From the IMG/VR virus record IMGVR_UViG_3300010348_001338, positions 1 to 52,077 of that record: a stretch of DNA of 52,077 nt. One strand, written 5' to 3'. Under the pieces are notes generated by a model. The model was not told the DNA's origin. It did no database searches and saw only the letters and a list, made by a program, of their open reading frames with translations. Below are positions 15,202 to 24,287 of the stretch, one piece after another. How positions within the stretch are numbered: position 1 is the first letter of the stretch; every line of letters begins with the position of its first letter. The DNA comes from a virus. A program made the translations under genes and the position numbers.

Positions 15202-16578
15202 ATGGACAAGTCTCAATTAGATGATCAGCGTAACCAATACAAGACGCTGATCGAACAGGCCCGGGCAAAGGCCAAAGAGTTCGAGGGCAAAGACATGCCA
15301 CCGGAAGTCGCGACCCAGATTGATGGTCTTCTGGGTAAGGCTGACGAAGTCAAAGCCCGTATCCAGGTGGGTGAACGTATCCTGGCTGGTGATCAGTTCC
15401 TGGATCAGTCGAAAGGTTTACAGGCTGCTCAGGTGGGTTGGCGTGATGCTGGCCCCTCTGAGGGTTTAGCCCACGTTGATCCCAAGTCCTGGCGGGAACT
15501 GGAAGTCAAATCAATCACGATCGACCCCATCTACAAGATCCCGATCTCCTCCGTCAAGACTATCCGATATCTGATTCCGGAAGCTGTTCAGGCGAAGGGC
15601 TACCAGCCTGCTTTCGAGGCCTATTGTCGTAAGGGTCTTGCCAATCTTGGCCCGAATGATTCAAAGACCCTTTCCGCTGGCGCTGATGATGCTGGTGGCT
15701 TCCTGGTCCCGGAGGACTATCACATCGAGCTTATCAAGAAGATCGCCGCATCTGCTACCATCCGTCCCAATGCCCGTGTGGTCTCAACTGGTCGTGAAAT
15801 CGCCAAGTGGCCGAAAGTACACTACACGGCCGACGACAAGTACACCTCGGGTGTTCGCTTCACCTGGACAGGTGAGGCTCCGGCGACGTCAACCAGTCAT
15901 CGCGTGACTGACCCGGTGTTTGGTCTGTATGCGATCCCGGTCCACACGGCGATGGCTTCAATGCCACTTTCGAATGATCTCCTGGAAGACAGTGCATTCG
16001 ATGTGGTCGGTGTTTCCTCGGACATGCTCGCAGAAGCCTTTGCTCTGGGTGAAAACGATGTTTTCATCAATGGCAACGGTATCGGTCGTCCGATGGGGAT
16101 CCTGGCTCAGATTGGCACTGATGGTCCTGCTTACGTAGCCTCTGGTACAGCAGGTGCGCTGACCGCCGATGGTCTGATTGACCTGGCTTACGCTCTCCCG
16201 GCCCAGTACGAACGTAACGCCAAGTGGTACATGAGCAAGGCCACTGAGAAAGCGGTCCGCAAGATGAAATCTGGCGACAACGAGTATTTGTGGCCGGTGA
16301 CTTCGAATGTCGGCAACTTCGGCGTGAATCCTCGGGATCTGCTCGGCTTCCCGACCGTTCGTGAAGAGTTTGTCCCTGCCATCGCCGCCAACTCCTATCC
16401 GATCATCTTCGGTGATCTGACTGGGTACTTGATCCTGGATCGTGTGGGCTTCTCGATCCAGCGTCTCTCGGAGCTGTACGCCGAGACCAACATCACCCTG
16501 CTGCTTGCTCGTAAGCGCGTAGGTGGTCAGACGATTGAGCCTTGGCGTATGAAGGTTCAGAAAGTCGCGACCTCTTAG
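15202..16578 (+). CDS. Major capsid protein (HK97 fold) with N-terminal delta-like coiled-coil
   Basis: 458 aa with the AGGFLVPEDY motif. Position after the protease supports the call. Confidence 0.85.
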   Translation: MDKSQLDDQRNQYKTLIEQARAKAKEFEGKDMPPEVATQIDGLLGKADEVKARIQVGERILAGDQFLDQSKGLQAAQVGWRDAGPSEGLAHVDPKSWRELEVKSITIDPIYKIPISSVKTIRYLIPEAVQAKGYQPAFEAYCRKGLANLGPNDSKTLSAGADDAGGFLVPEDYHIELIKKIAASATIRPNARVVSTGREIAKWPKVHYTADDKYTSGVRFTWTGEAPATSTSHRVTDPVFGLYAIPVHTAMASMPLSNDLLEDSAFDVVGVSSDMLAEAFALGENDVFINGNGIGRPMGILAQIGTDGPAYVASGTAGALTADGLIDLAYALPAQYERNAKWYMSKATEKAVRKMKSGDNEYLWPVTSNVGNFGVNPRDLLGFPTVREEFVPAIAANSYPIIFGDLTGYLILDRVGFSIQRLSELYAETNITLLLARKRVGGQTIEPWRMKVQKVATS

Positions 16579-16611
16579 TCGTTCGGAATCTCTCCTTGGG
16601 AGGTAAGACGT

Positions 16612-16977
16612 ATGATTCAGGATCTTGAAACCAAATTCTTGATCACCCCTCGCAAGGTGACCGCTGGTGGCGTCACAGGTGCCACTTGGGTTGACCTGCA
16701 AGGTCTAGATACCGAGCATGGTATCAAAGCCCTCTTTTCCGCCGGTGCTGGCATAACCGCTGGCACTTGTGGGGGCTACATCCAGGCCAGCGACAGTTCC
16801 ACTGGAGCTGACCCAACCACAGTTCTCACGTTTGGCACCCTGCCTGCTACGGGTGGAAGTCAAGAGACTCACTTCGTGATGCAGAAACGGTACGTCAGAT
16901 TTGTGGGAACTTGCCAAACTGGCAGTGACATGATCGTAGCTGTGCAGCTGCTTGCACGTGCTCGGTATCGCCCGTAA
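16612..16977 (+). CDS. Hypothetical head-associated protein
   Basis: 121 aa with a GGGAGGTAAG RBS. Gly/Thr/Ser-rich. Confidence 0.45.
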   Translation: MIQDLETKFLITPRKVTAGGVTGATWVDLQGLDTEHGIKALFSAGAGITAGTCGGYIQASDSSTGADPTTVLTFGTLPATGGSQETHFVMQKRYVRFVGTCQTGSDMIVAVQLLARARYRP

Positions 16978-17006
16978 GACCTTTGAACGTTCTTGAGTGA
17001 ACCTCT

Positions 17007-17036
17007 GAGCTGGGTGGTCACCCGATCACCCAGCTC
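17007..17036 (+). terminator. Strong hairpin after the capsid genes, no U-tract (partial terminator or stabiliser)
   Basis: GAGCTGGGTG (17007-17016) pairs with CACCCAGCTC (17027-17036). Confidence 0.4.
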
Positions 17037-17056
17037 AACACCACCGGAGGGACGCG

Positions 17057-17791
17057 ATGAATCAAGCTGAAGTTGAAAGCGTTTTGAAGACGTGGCCTGT
17101 ACGGGCCTGGAAGTGGCCCAGAATTGTGGCCAGTGTTTTACAGGAACGAGCAATGGCTCATGCGGATGATGTGTTTCCGAATTTCTGGGGCATTGCTGCC
17201 AACGGAGTTGCACTCTTACATCAGGACTATGGACGTACCGATGTCGTCCGGAATCAGTTGGTCAGAAGTTTTCTTCAGAGTAACTTTACTCATCTGTTGA
17301 TGCTCGATGTTGATCATATCCACCCGACGAACATTGTGCAGAGATTAGCTCGTTGGGTGATGCTGTATCCCGAAGTGAAAGTTGTAGGAGGGTTGAACTT
17401 TCGTCGGGGAGAGCCCTATGAGCCGTGCTGTTTCATCAAAGGGGACGATGGCAAGTTTTACGCTCCGGCTGAGTGGGAGCCAGGCTTGATCGAGGTCGAT
17501 GCCATTGGCACAGGGTCGATCCTCATTGCTCGGGAAGTTTTCGAGCAAATGGAGCCACCTTGGTTCTGGGTTGACTACTCTGGAGTTTGGGAAGATGTTT
17601 GGCCAGGGGAAGATATGGGTTTCTCGGCCAACTGTCGCAGGCTGGGAATCAAGATGTTCGTAGATACGACGACAACAAGCCCCCACATGATTGATGCTGT
17701 TGTAGATGAATCATCTTTTCGTAACTATCAGAAGGATCATCACTCAGTCGTCGCTGATTTCGAGACTATCAAGTCAGGGAGAAAGTCGTGA
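17057..17791 (+). CDS. Glycosyltransferase (GT-A fold, GT2-like)
   Basis: LLMLDVDHI (DxD-type motif) and GTGSILIAREVFEQMEPPWF. GGAGGG RBS. Confidence 0.6.
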   Translation: MNQAEVESVLKTWPVRAWKWPRIVASVLQERAMAHADDVFPNFWGIAANGVALLHQDYGRTDVVRNQLVRSFLQSNFTHLLMLDVDHIHPTNIVQRLARWVMLYPEVKVVGGLNFRRGEPYEPCCFIKGDDGKFYAPAEWEPGLIEVDAIGTGSILIAREVFEQMEPPWFWVDYSGVWEDVWPGEDMGFSANCRRLGIKMFVDTTTTSPHMIDAVVDESSFRNYQKDHHSVVADFETIKSGRKS

Positions 17792-18450
17792 TTACCCGTT
17801 GGTCTGACCTAAAGCTTCGACACGAGGGACAGACAGGGCTCGTCATCGGGAATGGGCCTAGCCTTTCGAGTATCCCCCTCAGCTTCCTTGGGAGATACCC
17901 GTCGATTGGCACCAATCGGATCTACCTGCTCGAAGGCTTCACTCCCACATACTACGTAGCCATCAACCCTCTCGTGATCGAGCAATCAGTTGAAGAAATC
18001 TCGGCGATTGAATGTGAAGCCAAGTTTATTCGTGCAGGCTTGCACACTCTGATTCCAGATACACTGCCAGTTCGATCGACCACTTTGCCAATTTTCAGTC
18101 GGGATCCTTCAAAGTGGGTCTATGAAGGCTTTACAGTCACGTACGTTGCCCTTCAGTTGGCCTTCTGGTTGGGATTCAGGACTGTCCTTCTTGTTGGAGT
18201 TGATCACAACTACAAATTCGAAGGGCAACCTAACGAAGAACACATCTTGAGTGGGCCAGATCCTAATCACTTTTCACCCAAGTACTTCCAAGGATCTCGA
18301 TGGCACAACCCTGACCTCGTCCAGTCCGAGATTTCGTATCAAATGGCCCAGACAGTCTTCACAACTGAAGGTCGTAGAATCATCAACATCACCCCTGGTT
18401 CAAAGCTTGATGTCTTCCCTAAAGAAGATTGGAGGGACTTCGATGACTGA
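17788..18450 (+). CDS. DUF115/MptE-like, GT42 (Cst-II)-like glycosyltransferase, possible nonulosonic-acid transferase
   Basis: VIGNGPSLSSIP...GTNRIYLL...YYVAINP and TYVALQLAFWLGFRTVLLVGVDHNY parallel the IAGNGPSL...CNQFYF and VAIALGYKEIYLSGIDFY blocks of Cst-II and Maf-type enzymes. This comparison is from memory. Confidence 0.5.
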   Translation: MITRWSDLKLRHEGQTGLVIGNGPSLSSIPLSFLGRYPSIGTNRIYLLEGFTPTYYVAINPLVIEQSVEEISAIECEAKFIRAGLHTLIPDTLPVRSTTLPIFSRDPSKWVYEGFTVTYVALQLAFWLGFRTVLLVGVDHNYKFEGQPNEEHILSGPDPNHFSPKYFQGSRWHNPDLVQSEISYQMAQTVFTTEGRRIINITPGSKLDVFPKEDWRDFDD

Positions 18451-19138
18451 TCCCAAAGTCTCCGCCATCGTATCAGCCTACTATGCTGCAGATTTTCTGC
18501 AAGCTCGCATTGAGAACTTGCTACAGCAGTCTCAGATCCCCGAGATTATCGTTGTCTGTCAAACAGGCAGTGCTGAGGCTAGGATAGCCCAGAAGTTCCT
18601 TGAAGATAACGTCTCTGAAGTAGCAGTCCTACTCACTCCTGACATCCCGACGATTTATGATGCGTGGAACAAAGCTATCCCGTATGCTCTGGGAGAGTAT
18701 CTCACGAGTGCTAACTCTGATGATCGTCTCAAACCGAGGGCTCTCGAAGAGATGACTGCAGCTTTAGATCGTCGCCCAAGCTACGCTGTAGTTTATGGAG
18801 ATCAGGAAATCGTTTCTGAGATTGATGGAGGGGTTGTTGGGAAGTTTGCTTGGCTCACAGGGGGCTTCAAGGAGCTGTTGAGAGGTTGCTTCGTAGGCCC
18901 GATGCCAATCTGGCGTAAGTCCCTTCACGAGAAGTATGGACTCTTCGATCCTACGTATCGCATTGCTGGGGATTACGAGTTCTGGCTTCGAATAGCCTCG
19001 AAAGGTGAGAAGTTCCTCCACTTCTCTGCCGTTGTCGGCTCTTATCTTCAGAGGAATGATAGCCTCGAACATCGTGAACCCCTCAGAACTGTTTGGGAGA
19101 CAGCCCGTGCTCGAAGTCTGTATCGAAAGGAGTCGTGA
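18443..19138 (+). CDS. Glycosyltransferase family 2
   Basis: ATG 18443 follows GGAGGG. VSAIVSAYYAADFLQ...IIVV...YDAWNKAI...SANSDDRL is the classic GT2 N-terminal pattern. The longer track ORF from 18251 overlaps the upstream gene. Confidence 0.7.
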   Translation: MTDPKVSAIVSAYYAADFLQARIENLLQQSQIPEIIVVCQTGSAEARIAQKFLEDNVSEVAVLLTPDIPTIYDAWNKAIPYALGEYLTSANSDDRLKPRALEEMTAALDRRPSYAVVYGDQEIVSEIDGGVVGKFAWLTGGFKELLRGCFVGPMPIWRKSLHEKYGLFDPTYRIAGDYEFWLRIASKGEKFLHFSAVVGSYLQRNDSLEHREPLRTVWETARARSLYRKES

Positions 19139-19413
19139 TGAAAGTTCGAATGTTGAAAGAACTTACTCTGGCTTATGGACCACAAAGAGTTACTGTCGGT
19201 CAGGTGATTGATCTCCCTGATGGTGTAGCCGAGTCCTTAGTTGGAGCTCTTCTGGCAGAACAGATTCCAGCTTTGGAAGTTATCAAGATTGCTCCCACCC
19301 CTGAAAAACGATCTTCGAAGAAGAAAGAGGAAACTGCAGCAGTGCCTCCTCTCGTTCCTCCCGAAGATGTAGCTCCAGGAGCTGATCTTGTAGATGAGCA
19401 GAAGGTGGAGTAA
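19138..19413 (+). CDS. Hypothetical protein with Pro/Lys-rich tail
   Basis: ATG 19138 is coupled to the upstream TGA (GTGATG) with an AAAGGAG RBS. Confidence 0.5.
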   Translation: MKVRMLKELTLAYGPQRVTVGQVIDLPDGVAESLVGALLAEQIPALEVIKIAPTPEKRSSKKKEETAAVPPLVPPEDVAPGADLVDEQKVE

Positions 19414-19416
19414 TCG

Positions 19417-20025
19417 ATGTCACCAAGTAGCTACTGTGCGGTCGATGAAATCAAGGCCTTGATGCCAGATGCCCAGTTTGGCACAGCCTACGATGCTGTC
19501 CTACTTGATCTTTCTCTTCGTGCAAGTCGTTTGATTGACCGCATCACGAAGAGGGATCCTGGGTCATATGCAGCCGATTCGACATCAGTACGCTACTTCG
19601 ATGGGTCAGGCTCAGATACTTTGTTGATTGATGAACTTGCAGGAGCTCCAACACTCGTCGAAGTAGACGAAGCTGGTGATGGAGTCTACGTAGCTTGGGC
19701 TGCGACAGATTATCGGGTTTGGCCTTACAATCGCCCTCCCTACACTCGTCTCATCATCCCTATCCTGACCAGCTCAAAAGCCCTCTGGTATCGATATCCA
19801 GCCTCTGTCAAGATTACAGGGCCTTGGGGGTTCTCGGTGACTGTCCCAGAAGAGATCAAGCAAGCAGTCTCCATTCAAACGATTCGTTGGTTCAAGAGGG
19901 GGCAGCAAGGCTTCCAGGATGTAGGAGCTGTCGCTGAGCTGGGACGACTCCAGTACGTAAAAGACATCGACCCTGATATTCAAGGCATCTTGGTCGATGG
20001 TGGTTACATGGAGCTGACAATATGA
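19417..20025 (+). CDS. Head-tail connector (gp6-like adaptor)
   Basis: The N-terminus AVDEIKALMPD...LLDLSLRASRLIDRIT is typical of gp6-like connectors. Position supports the call. Confidence 0.55.
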   Translation: MSPSSYCAVDEIKALMPDAQFGTAYDAVLLDLSLRASRLIDRITKRDPGSYAADSTSVRYFDGSGSDTLLIDELAGAPTLVEVDEAGDGVYVAWAATDYRVWPYNRPPYTRLIIPILTSSKALWYRYPASVKITGPWGFSVTVPEEIKQAVSIQTIRWFKRGQQGFQDVGAVAELGRLQYVKDIDPDIQGILVDGGYMELTI

Positions 20026-20429
20026 GTGTAGATACTGCACTTGCTAATCTGACTTCGAAGCTGGCTGCTCTGCCTGGTATGAAGTCTGCTCCAACTCTGA
20101 TTCCCGAGGATCCTGGGGTTTTCCCCTTTGGGATCGCGTACGAAAGATCTGGGGTTCTAGTTGCTCGAGCTGCTGGAGAAGCAAATGATCTAGCTACTCT
20201 CTTCGTTGAGATTCACGTAGCTCGATCCCTGCTCGGCCAGGCTATCCAGCTTGCATCGACGTTTCGGGATCCATTTCTGTTGGCCCTGATTGCTGATCCT
20301 ACTCTGGGAGGGTCAGTCAGTACTATGAATGATGTTCGTAGAACTTTCGGAGTGCTCGAATGGGCAGGGGTCCAGACAATCGGGTATCGATTCGAGATTG
20401 ACGTCAAGATTCCAATGTACGTTGTGTGA
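20022..20429 (+). CDS. Putative head-closure / tail-completion protein
   Basis: Position only. Start is coupled to the upstream stop (ATGA). Confidence 0.35.
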   Translation: MSVDTALANLTSKLAALPGMKSAPTLIPEDPGVFPFGIAYERSGVLVARAAGEANDLATLFVEIHVARSLLGQAIQLASTFRDPFLLALIADPTLGGSVSTMNDVRRTFGVLEWAGVQTIGYRFEIDVKIPMYVV

Positions 20430-20437
20430 GGTGAGAT

Positions 20438-20632
20438 ATGTTGATCTATATAGGCGCAGGCAAGTTCCTCCCGGGAGTCCCAGCTCGGGATCTAACTGAA
20501 GCTGAGGTGAGTCTGTTTGGCGGGAAGGAAGCTCTGCTGAAATCCGGCCTTTATCGTCTCCCTCGCAAATCTGACATTCTGGGAGGTCAGGAAAACAAAG
20601 TTGTAGGTCCTCAGGAGGTCAAACATGATTGA
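20438..20632 (+). CDS. Small hypothetical structural-module protein
   Basis: 64 aa with a GTGAGGTGAG RBS. Confidence 0.45.
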   Translation: MLIYIGAGKFLPGVPARDLTEAEVSLFGGKEALLKSGLYRLPRKSDILGGQENKVVGPQEVKHD

Positions 20633-21635
20633 CGGTATCAAGAAGCTTCGACGGGTGCAGATCGGAGCCGAAACAACAGCTGGAACAGCTGTAGCAGCCA
20701 CGACGATTATGCGTATCGCTGGAGCTGCACTCCAGGATGATCGTGATGTCCAATTCCCAGAGGAGGATGTTGGCCTGCTGGTGTCTACGGATCGTAACTA
20801 CGTAGCAAGTCTGCAGGGCTCATTCCCTTCGGGGGATAATCCAGCCACCTTCGAACAGATTGGCTACTACTTCGAGGCTGGCATCAAGAAAGTTGGTACT
20901 GGCGTAGCCGACGGTCCGGGCAGTGGGCGCATCTACACCTACACTTTCCCGACCACAACTCCCAACGTTATCCAGACATACACGATTGAAAGTGGAGATA
21001 ACGTCGACGTCGAGAGACTCGAATACGCGTTCGTGCAGAAGATCAACATATCTGGCAAGCCGAAGGAGGTGATCCAAGTCTCTGCTGATTGGGTTGGCCG
21101 TCAGGTAACCCCTATCACAAGCTTTACTGCAGGCCTTTCGATTCCGCCAGTTGAAGAAATTGTGTTCCAGAAGTCGAGGCTCTACATTGACGATGCATCC
21201 GGAACCATCGGGACTACCCTGGTTTCGGGCACGTTGCTGGGCTTCGAAGCTGAGCTAGAAACAGGTCTCGTCCCTGTGTTCAGTGGAGATGGAGAGCTCT
21301 TCTTCAATCGTCTGAAGCAAGTGGGACCTACAGGCTCGCTCAAGATCACCTTCGAGCATAATGGTTCTGCCGTTGCAGAAAAGCTCAATTGGCGCAACAA
21401 AGTCTCTCGGGCTGTCCGATTGAAGATTGAAGGATCTTCGTTCACGACTGCTGGCACCACTTATCCAGCAAAGACGTTGCAGATTGATCTCTGTGGTCGC
21501 TGGGCTACCTTCGATAAGCTTGATGAATCTGATGGTAATGACGTTGTAACAGGCACTCTCCAAATCGGTTACAATGCTACGCAGGCCTTGTGGGGCCGCA
21601 TCACTGTTGTGAATGCACTGCCATCCCTGCCTTAG
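20625..21635 (+). CDS. Putative major tail (tube) protein
   Basis: 336 aa, immediately upstream of the frameshifted chaperone pair and the tape measure. CAGGAGG RBS. Confidence 0.6.
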   Translation: MIDGIKKLRRVQIGAETTAGTAVAATTIMRIAGAALQDDRDVQFPEEDVGLLVSTDRNYVASLQGSFPSGDNPATFEQIGYYFEAGIKKVGTGVADGPGSGRIYTYTFPTTTPNVIQTYTIESGDNVDVERLEYAFVQKINISGKPKEVIQVSADWVGRQVTPITSFTAGLSIPPVEEIVFQKSRLYIDDASGTIGTTLVSGTLLGFEAELETGLVPVFSGDGELFFNRLKQVGPTGSLKITFEHNGSAVAEKLNWRNKVSRAVRLKIEGSSFTTAGTTYPAKTLQIDLCGRWATFDKLDESDGNDVVTGTLQIGYNATQALWGRITVVNALPSLP

Positions 21636-21646
21636 AGGAGGATACT

Positions 21647-21919
21647 ATGAAACTGAAGTTGAAGATCGATACAGATCGTTTGACGGTCGACGATCTCATC
21701 GAAATTGAGGAGGGAAGTTCCCGGCGTGTTCGCCAGGGACGTGATCTTTTGGCTCGCTTCGTCACTGATGATGAAGGCAACTTCTTAACGTTTGAAGAGG
21801 CGAAGAAGGTGATTGGCAAACTGACGATCACTGAGATGAACGTAGCTGTGCAACAGCTTGTGGATGGAATCAAACGTCTTCAGGAGTCGTCGATCCCCCC
21901 AGACAACGCCTCCAGCTAA
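21647..21919 (+). CDS. Tail assembly chaperone (gpG analogue, short form)
   Basis: AGAGGAGG RBS before ATG 21647. Acidic 90-aa protein located before the tape measure gene. Confidence 0.7.
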   Translation: MKLKLKIDTDRLTVDDLIEIEEGSSRRVRQGRDLLARFVTDDEGNFLTFEEAKKVIGKLTITEMNVAVQQLVDGIKRLQESSIPPDNASS

Positions 21920-22089
21920 TCACGGCTCTGGAACATGGGGGTGCTCCCCCGACTTGGGCTGCAGTGCTACTTGCTGCAGAGCAGTGGGGGACACCTCCAT
22001 GGGAGATAGCTGGCGGCAGTAAGCTCAAGTGGTTCTTGAGATGGCAACTCCTATCATCTCTTCGTCAGAGATCACGCGAACGCCTCTAA
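21647..22089 (+). CDS. Tail assembly chaperone, -1 frameshift long form (gpGT analogue)
   Basis: Hand translation of the -1 frame from 21901 is open to TAA at 22087-22089 and gives ...RQRLQLITALEHGGAPPTWAAVLLAAEQWGTPPWEIAGGSKLKWFLRWQLLSSLRQRSRERL*. This fills the otherwise empty 197-nt gap. Confidence 0.6.
21895..21901 (+). promoter_or_regulatory. -1 programmed frameshift slippery heptamer C CCC CCA
   Basis: In the zero frame the codons are ATC CCC CCA. A -1 slip re-pairs on CCC CCC and continues with AGA at 21901. Confidence 0.55.
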
Positions 22090-22115
22090 TATCGTAATTC
22101 GAGGGCACACTGATT

Positions 22116-24287
22116 ATGGGAACGAAAGAAGACCTCGAAGTTCAAATTACAGCTACAGATAAGGCGTCAGGCACGCTCAAAGGCCTGAACTCTACGCTCG
22201 GTGGTCTCGCGAAGACGACTGGAGTAGCTTTAGGAGCAGCTCTTGGTTCAGCTGTAGTAGGGTTAGGTGCCTTGGGGGCATCCGCTCTATCTACGAACGC
22301 TGAGCTCGAGACAGCTACCCTCCAGTTTGAGACTCTGCTAGGATCTACGGATGCTGCAAAAGAGCACATTGCTACTCTGTATGAGTTTGCAGCCAAAACC
22401 CCCTTTGAGACAGGCCCAATCCTTCAAGCCTCTCGCTTGCTTGAAACCTTCGGTGGGTCTGCCCTTGATTCAAAGGAGAATCTGACTCTCTTCGGCAATG
22501 CTGCAGCTGTTGCTAACGTCGGCATTGAGGAAGTTTCGTTTTGGGCTGGGCGAGCATATTCTGCTATTCAAGCAGGTAGACCATTCGGTGAGGCTGCTGC
22601 TCGCTTGCAAGAAATGGGTCTACTCTCAGCTACAGGTCGTGCAGAGTTAGAGGAGCTCTCAGCCTCAGGAGCCGATTCGACAGAAGTCTGGGGCAAGTTT
22701 ACAGAGCAATTCCAGAGGTTCGATGGTGCTATGGAGAAACAGGCAGCTTCATGGCAGGGCCTCGTATCTACAATCAAGGACAATGTAACACTAGTTATCG
22801 GTACAGCCTTCAAGCCGTTCTTTGACTCTATCAAAGAAGCTGGCACGATGGTAGCTGATTTCGTGCAAACAGACGCTTTTGCTGCTGGAGCAGAGGATAT
22901 CGCTGCATCGTTAGCTCCTTTAGCAACGAAGTTCGGCGATATAGCAACGACACTCATTGGAGAAGTCGGGCCAGCACTCTTTGATGGGGTCATCTTACCA
23001 TTCATTCAGCTCAGTGCTACAGTAGGTCCCCCTATACTTTCTCTGCTAGGAGTTCTGCTAGGTGCATTCTCAGACCTAACCGGGGCACTCATCGGCCCCC
23101 TCATGGAGACCCTCATGTCTCTGATTGGCACAATTCTCCCTCCACTGGGAGAGCTGTTGCCTTCAATTGCTGCGGTACTAGGAGAATTGGGTGGAGCTTT
23201 TCTCTCCATCCTCAGCCCAGTGTTGAGTCTCCTGGGCCCACTCCTTGAAATTGCAGCCTCCATTCTCCCACAACTCCTCCCTGTGATTCAGCAGATTACA
23301 GGGCCCCTTGTAACGTTAGCACAGACAATCCTTCCTCCTCTTGGGCAGCTCATAGGCTTACTCGCTGCAGGGTTCTTGCAACTCGTGATGATCATATTGC
23401 CTCCACTGGCCGGGCTGTTCTCAACGTTGATCACTTCTTTGATGCCGCTGCTCCAGATGGTGCTTCCAGCTTTGGTGCCACTCATCAATCAGCTGATCAC
23501 ACCGATGACTGCCCTCATTACAACATTGCTGCCCCCAATGGCAGTTCTCTTCTCGAGTGTTATCCAATCGATCATGCCACTGATTACAGAGGTTCTGCTG
23601 AACTTGATTGGGCTTATAATCCAGACAATCTCGGCCACTACGCCGCTGATCATCTCGATTCTACCCCCACTCGTCTCCTTGTTTGGCACTCTGATCACGG
23701 CTATCATGCCACTCGTGACTGCTGTTCTGCCATTGCTAGCTCCTTTACTGCAAGTGATCATCGATCTCTTCACGCCACTCATCCAAGTGCTGATCCCGAT
23801 CTTGAATATCCTGATCGGGGCTATGCAGAAAGCTATCGAGGCTTTGACCCCGGTTCTCCAGGCCTTCTCGAGTTGGATCTCGGACAAAGTCATACCGGCA
23901 ATCGATGGAATTACAAACGCCATCAAGCCTGTGATTGACTGGATCGGGAGAATGGCTGATAAGCTCTCGACCATCAAACTCCCTGATTGGCTGACTCCTG
24001 GATCCCCAACACCATTTGAGCTAGGCCTTCGTGGGATCACGAAAGCAATGTCAGACCTAAACAGCGGTGCCCTCCCAGAGTTCAGTTCTCAGCTCGATAT
24101 TCGAGGAGGATCCCCAATTGGTGCCGGAGGAGCAATTGCCGGACTAGCTGGAGGAGCTGGGGGTGTTATCCTTCAACTCAACTATCAGCCTATGCTCTCT
24201 TTCGCGGATGCGAGTGAAGTGAAGGAACGAATCCAACCTGTGGTCGAGGAGATTATCCGTAAATACGTACGAGGATCTCAACGATGA
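22116..24287 (+). CDS. Tape measure protein
   Basis: 723 aa with an Ala/Gly-rich N-terminus and long Leu/Pro/Ile-rich helical repeats. Position after the chaperone pair supports the call. Confidence 0.85.
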   Translation: MGTKEDLEVQITATDKASGTLKGLNSTLGGLAKTTGVALGAALGSAVVGLGALGASALSTNAELETATLQFETLLGSTDAAKEHIATLYEFAAKTPFETGPILQASRLLETFGGSALDSKENLTLFGNAAAVANVGIEEVSFWAGRAYSAIQAGRPFGEAAARLQEMGLLSATGRAELEELSASGADSTEVWGKFTEQFQRFDGAMEKQAASWQGLVSTIKDNVTLVIGTAFKPFFDSIKEAGTMVADFVQTDAFAAGAEDIAASLAPLATKFGDIATTLIGEVGPALFDGVILPFIQLSATVGPPILSLLGVLLGAFSDLTGALIGPLMETLMSLIGTILPPLGELLPSIAAVLGELGGAFLSILSPVLSLLGPLLEIAASILPQLLPVIQQITGPLVTLAQTILPPLGQLIGLLAAGFLQLVMIILPPLAGLFSTLITSLMPLLQMVLPALVPLINQLITPMTALITTLLPPMAVLFSSVIQSIMPLITEVLLNLIGLIIQTISATTPLIISILPPLVSLFGTLITAIMPLVTAVLPLLAPLLQVIIDLFTPLIQVLIPILNILIGAMQKAIEALTPVLQAFSSWISDKVIPAIDGITNAIKPVIDWIGRMADKLSTIKLPDWLTPGSPTPFELGLRGITKAMSDLNSGALPEFSSQLDIRGGSPIGAGGAIAGLAGGAGGVILQLNYQPMLSFADASEVKERIQPVVEEIIRKYVRGSQR

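Noticed and set aside
15958-16701. 247-aa minus-strand ORF antisense to the major capsid gene
   Set aside because: It lies entirely within a strongly supported + strand gene and has no SD or promoter copy. Its composition is Arg/Gly/Thr-rich and low-complexity, as expected for the antisense of a codon-biased gene.
18251-18442. Long 5' extensions of track ORFs (18251 for the GT2 gene, and likewise 46620, 45806, 40141, 28528, 2252, 751, 21590, 19093, 30078 and 35967)
   Set aside because: In each case an internal ATG or GTG with a proper SD, often coupled to the upstream stop codon, gives a non-overlapping gene. The extension overlaps the preceding gene or a promoter or leader.
22142-24040. Series of minus-strand ORFs (84-183 aa) antisense to the tape measure gene
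   Set aside because: These are artefacts of the repetitive Leu/Pro/Ala codon content of the tape measure gene. They have no translation signals and no motifs.
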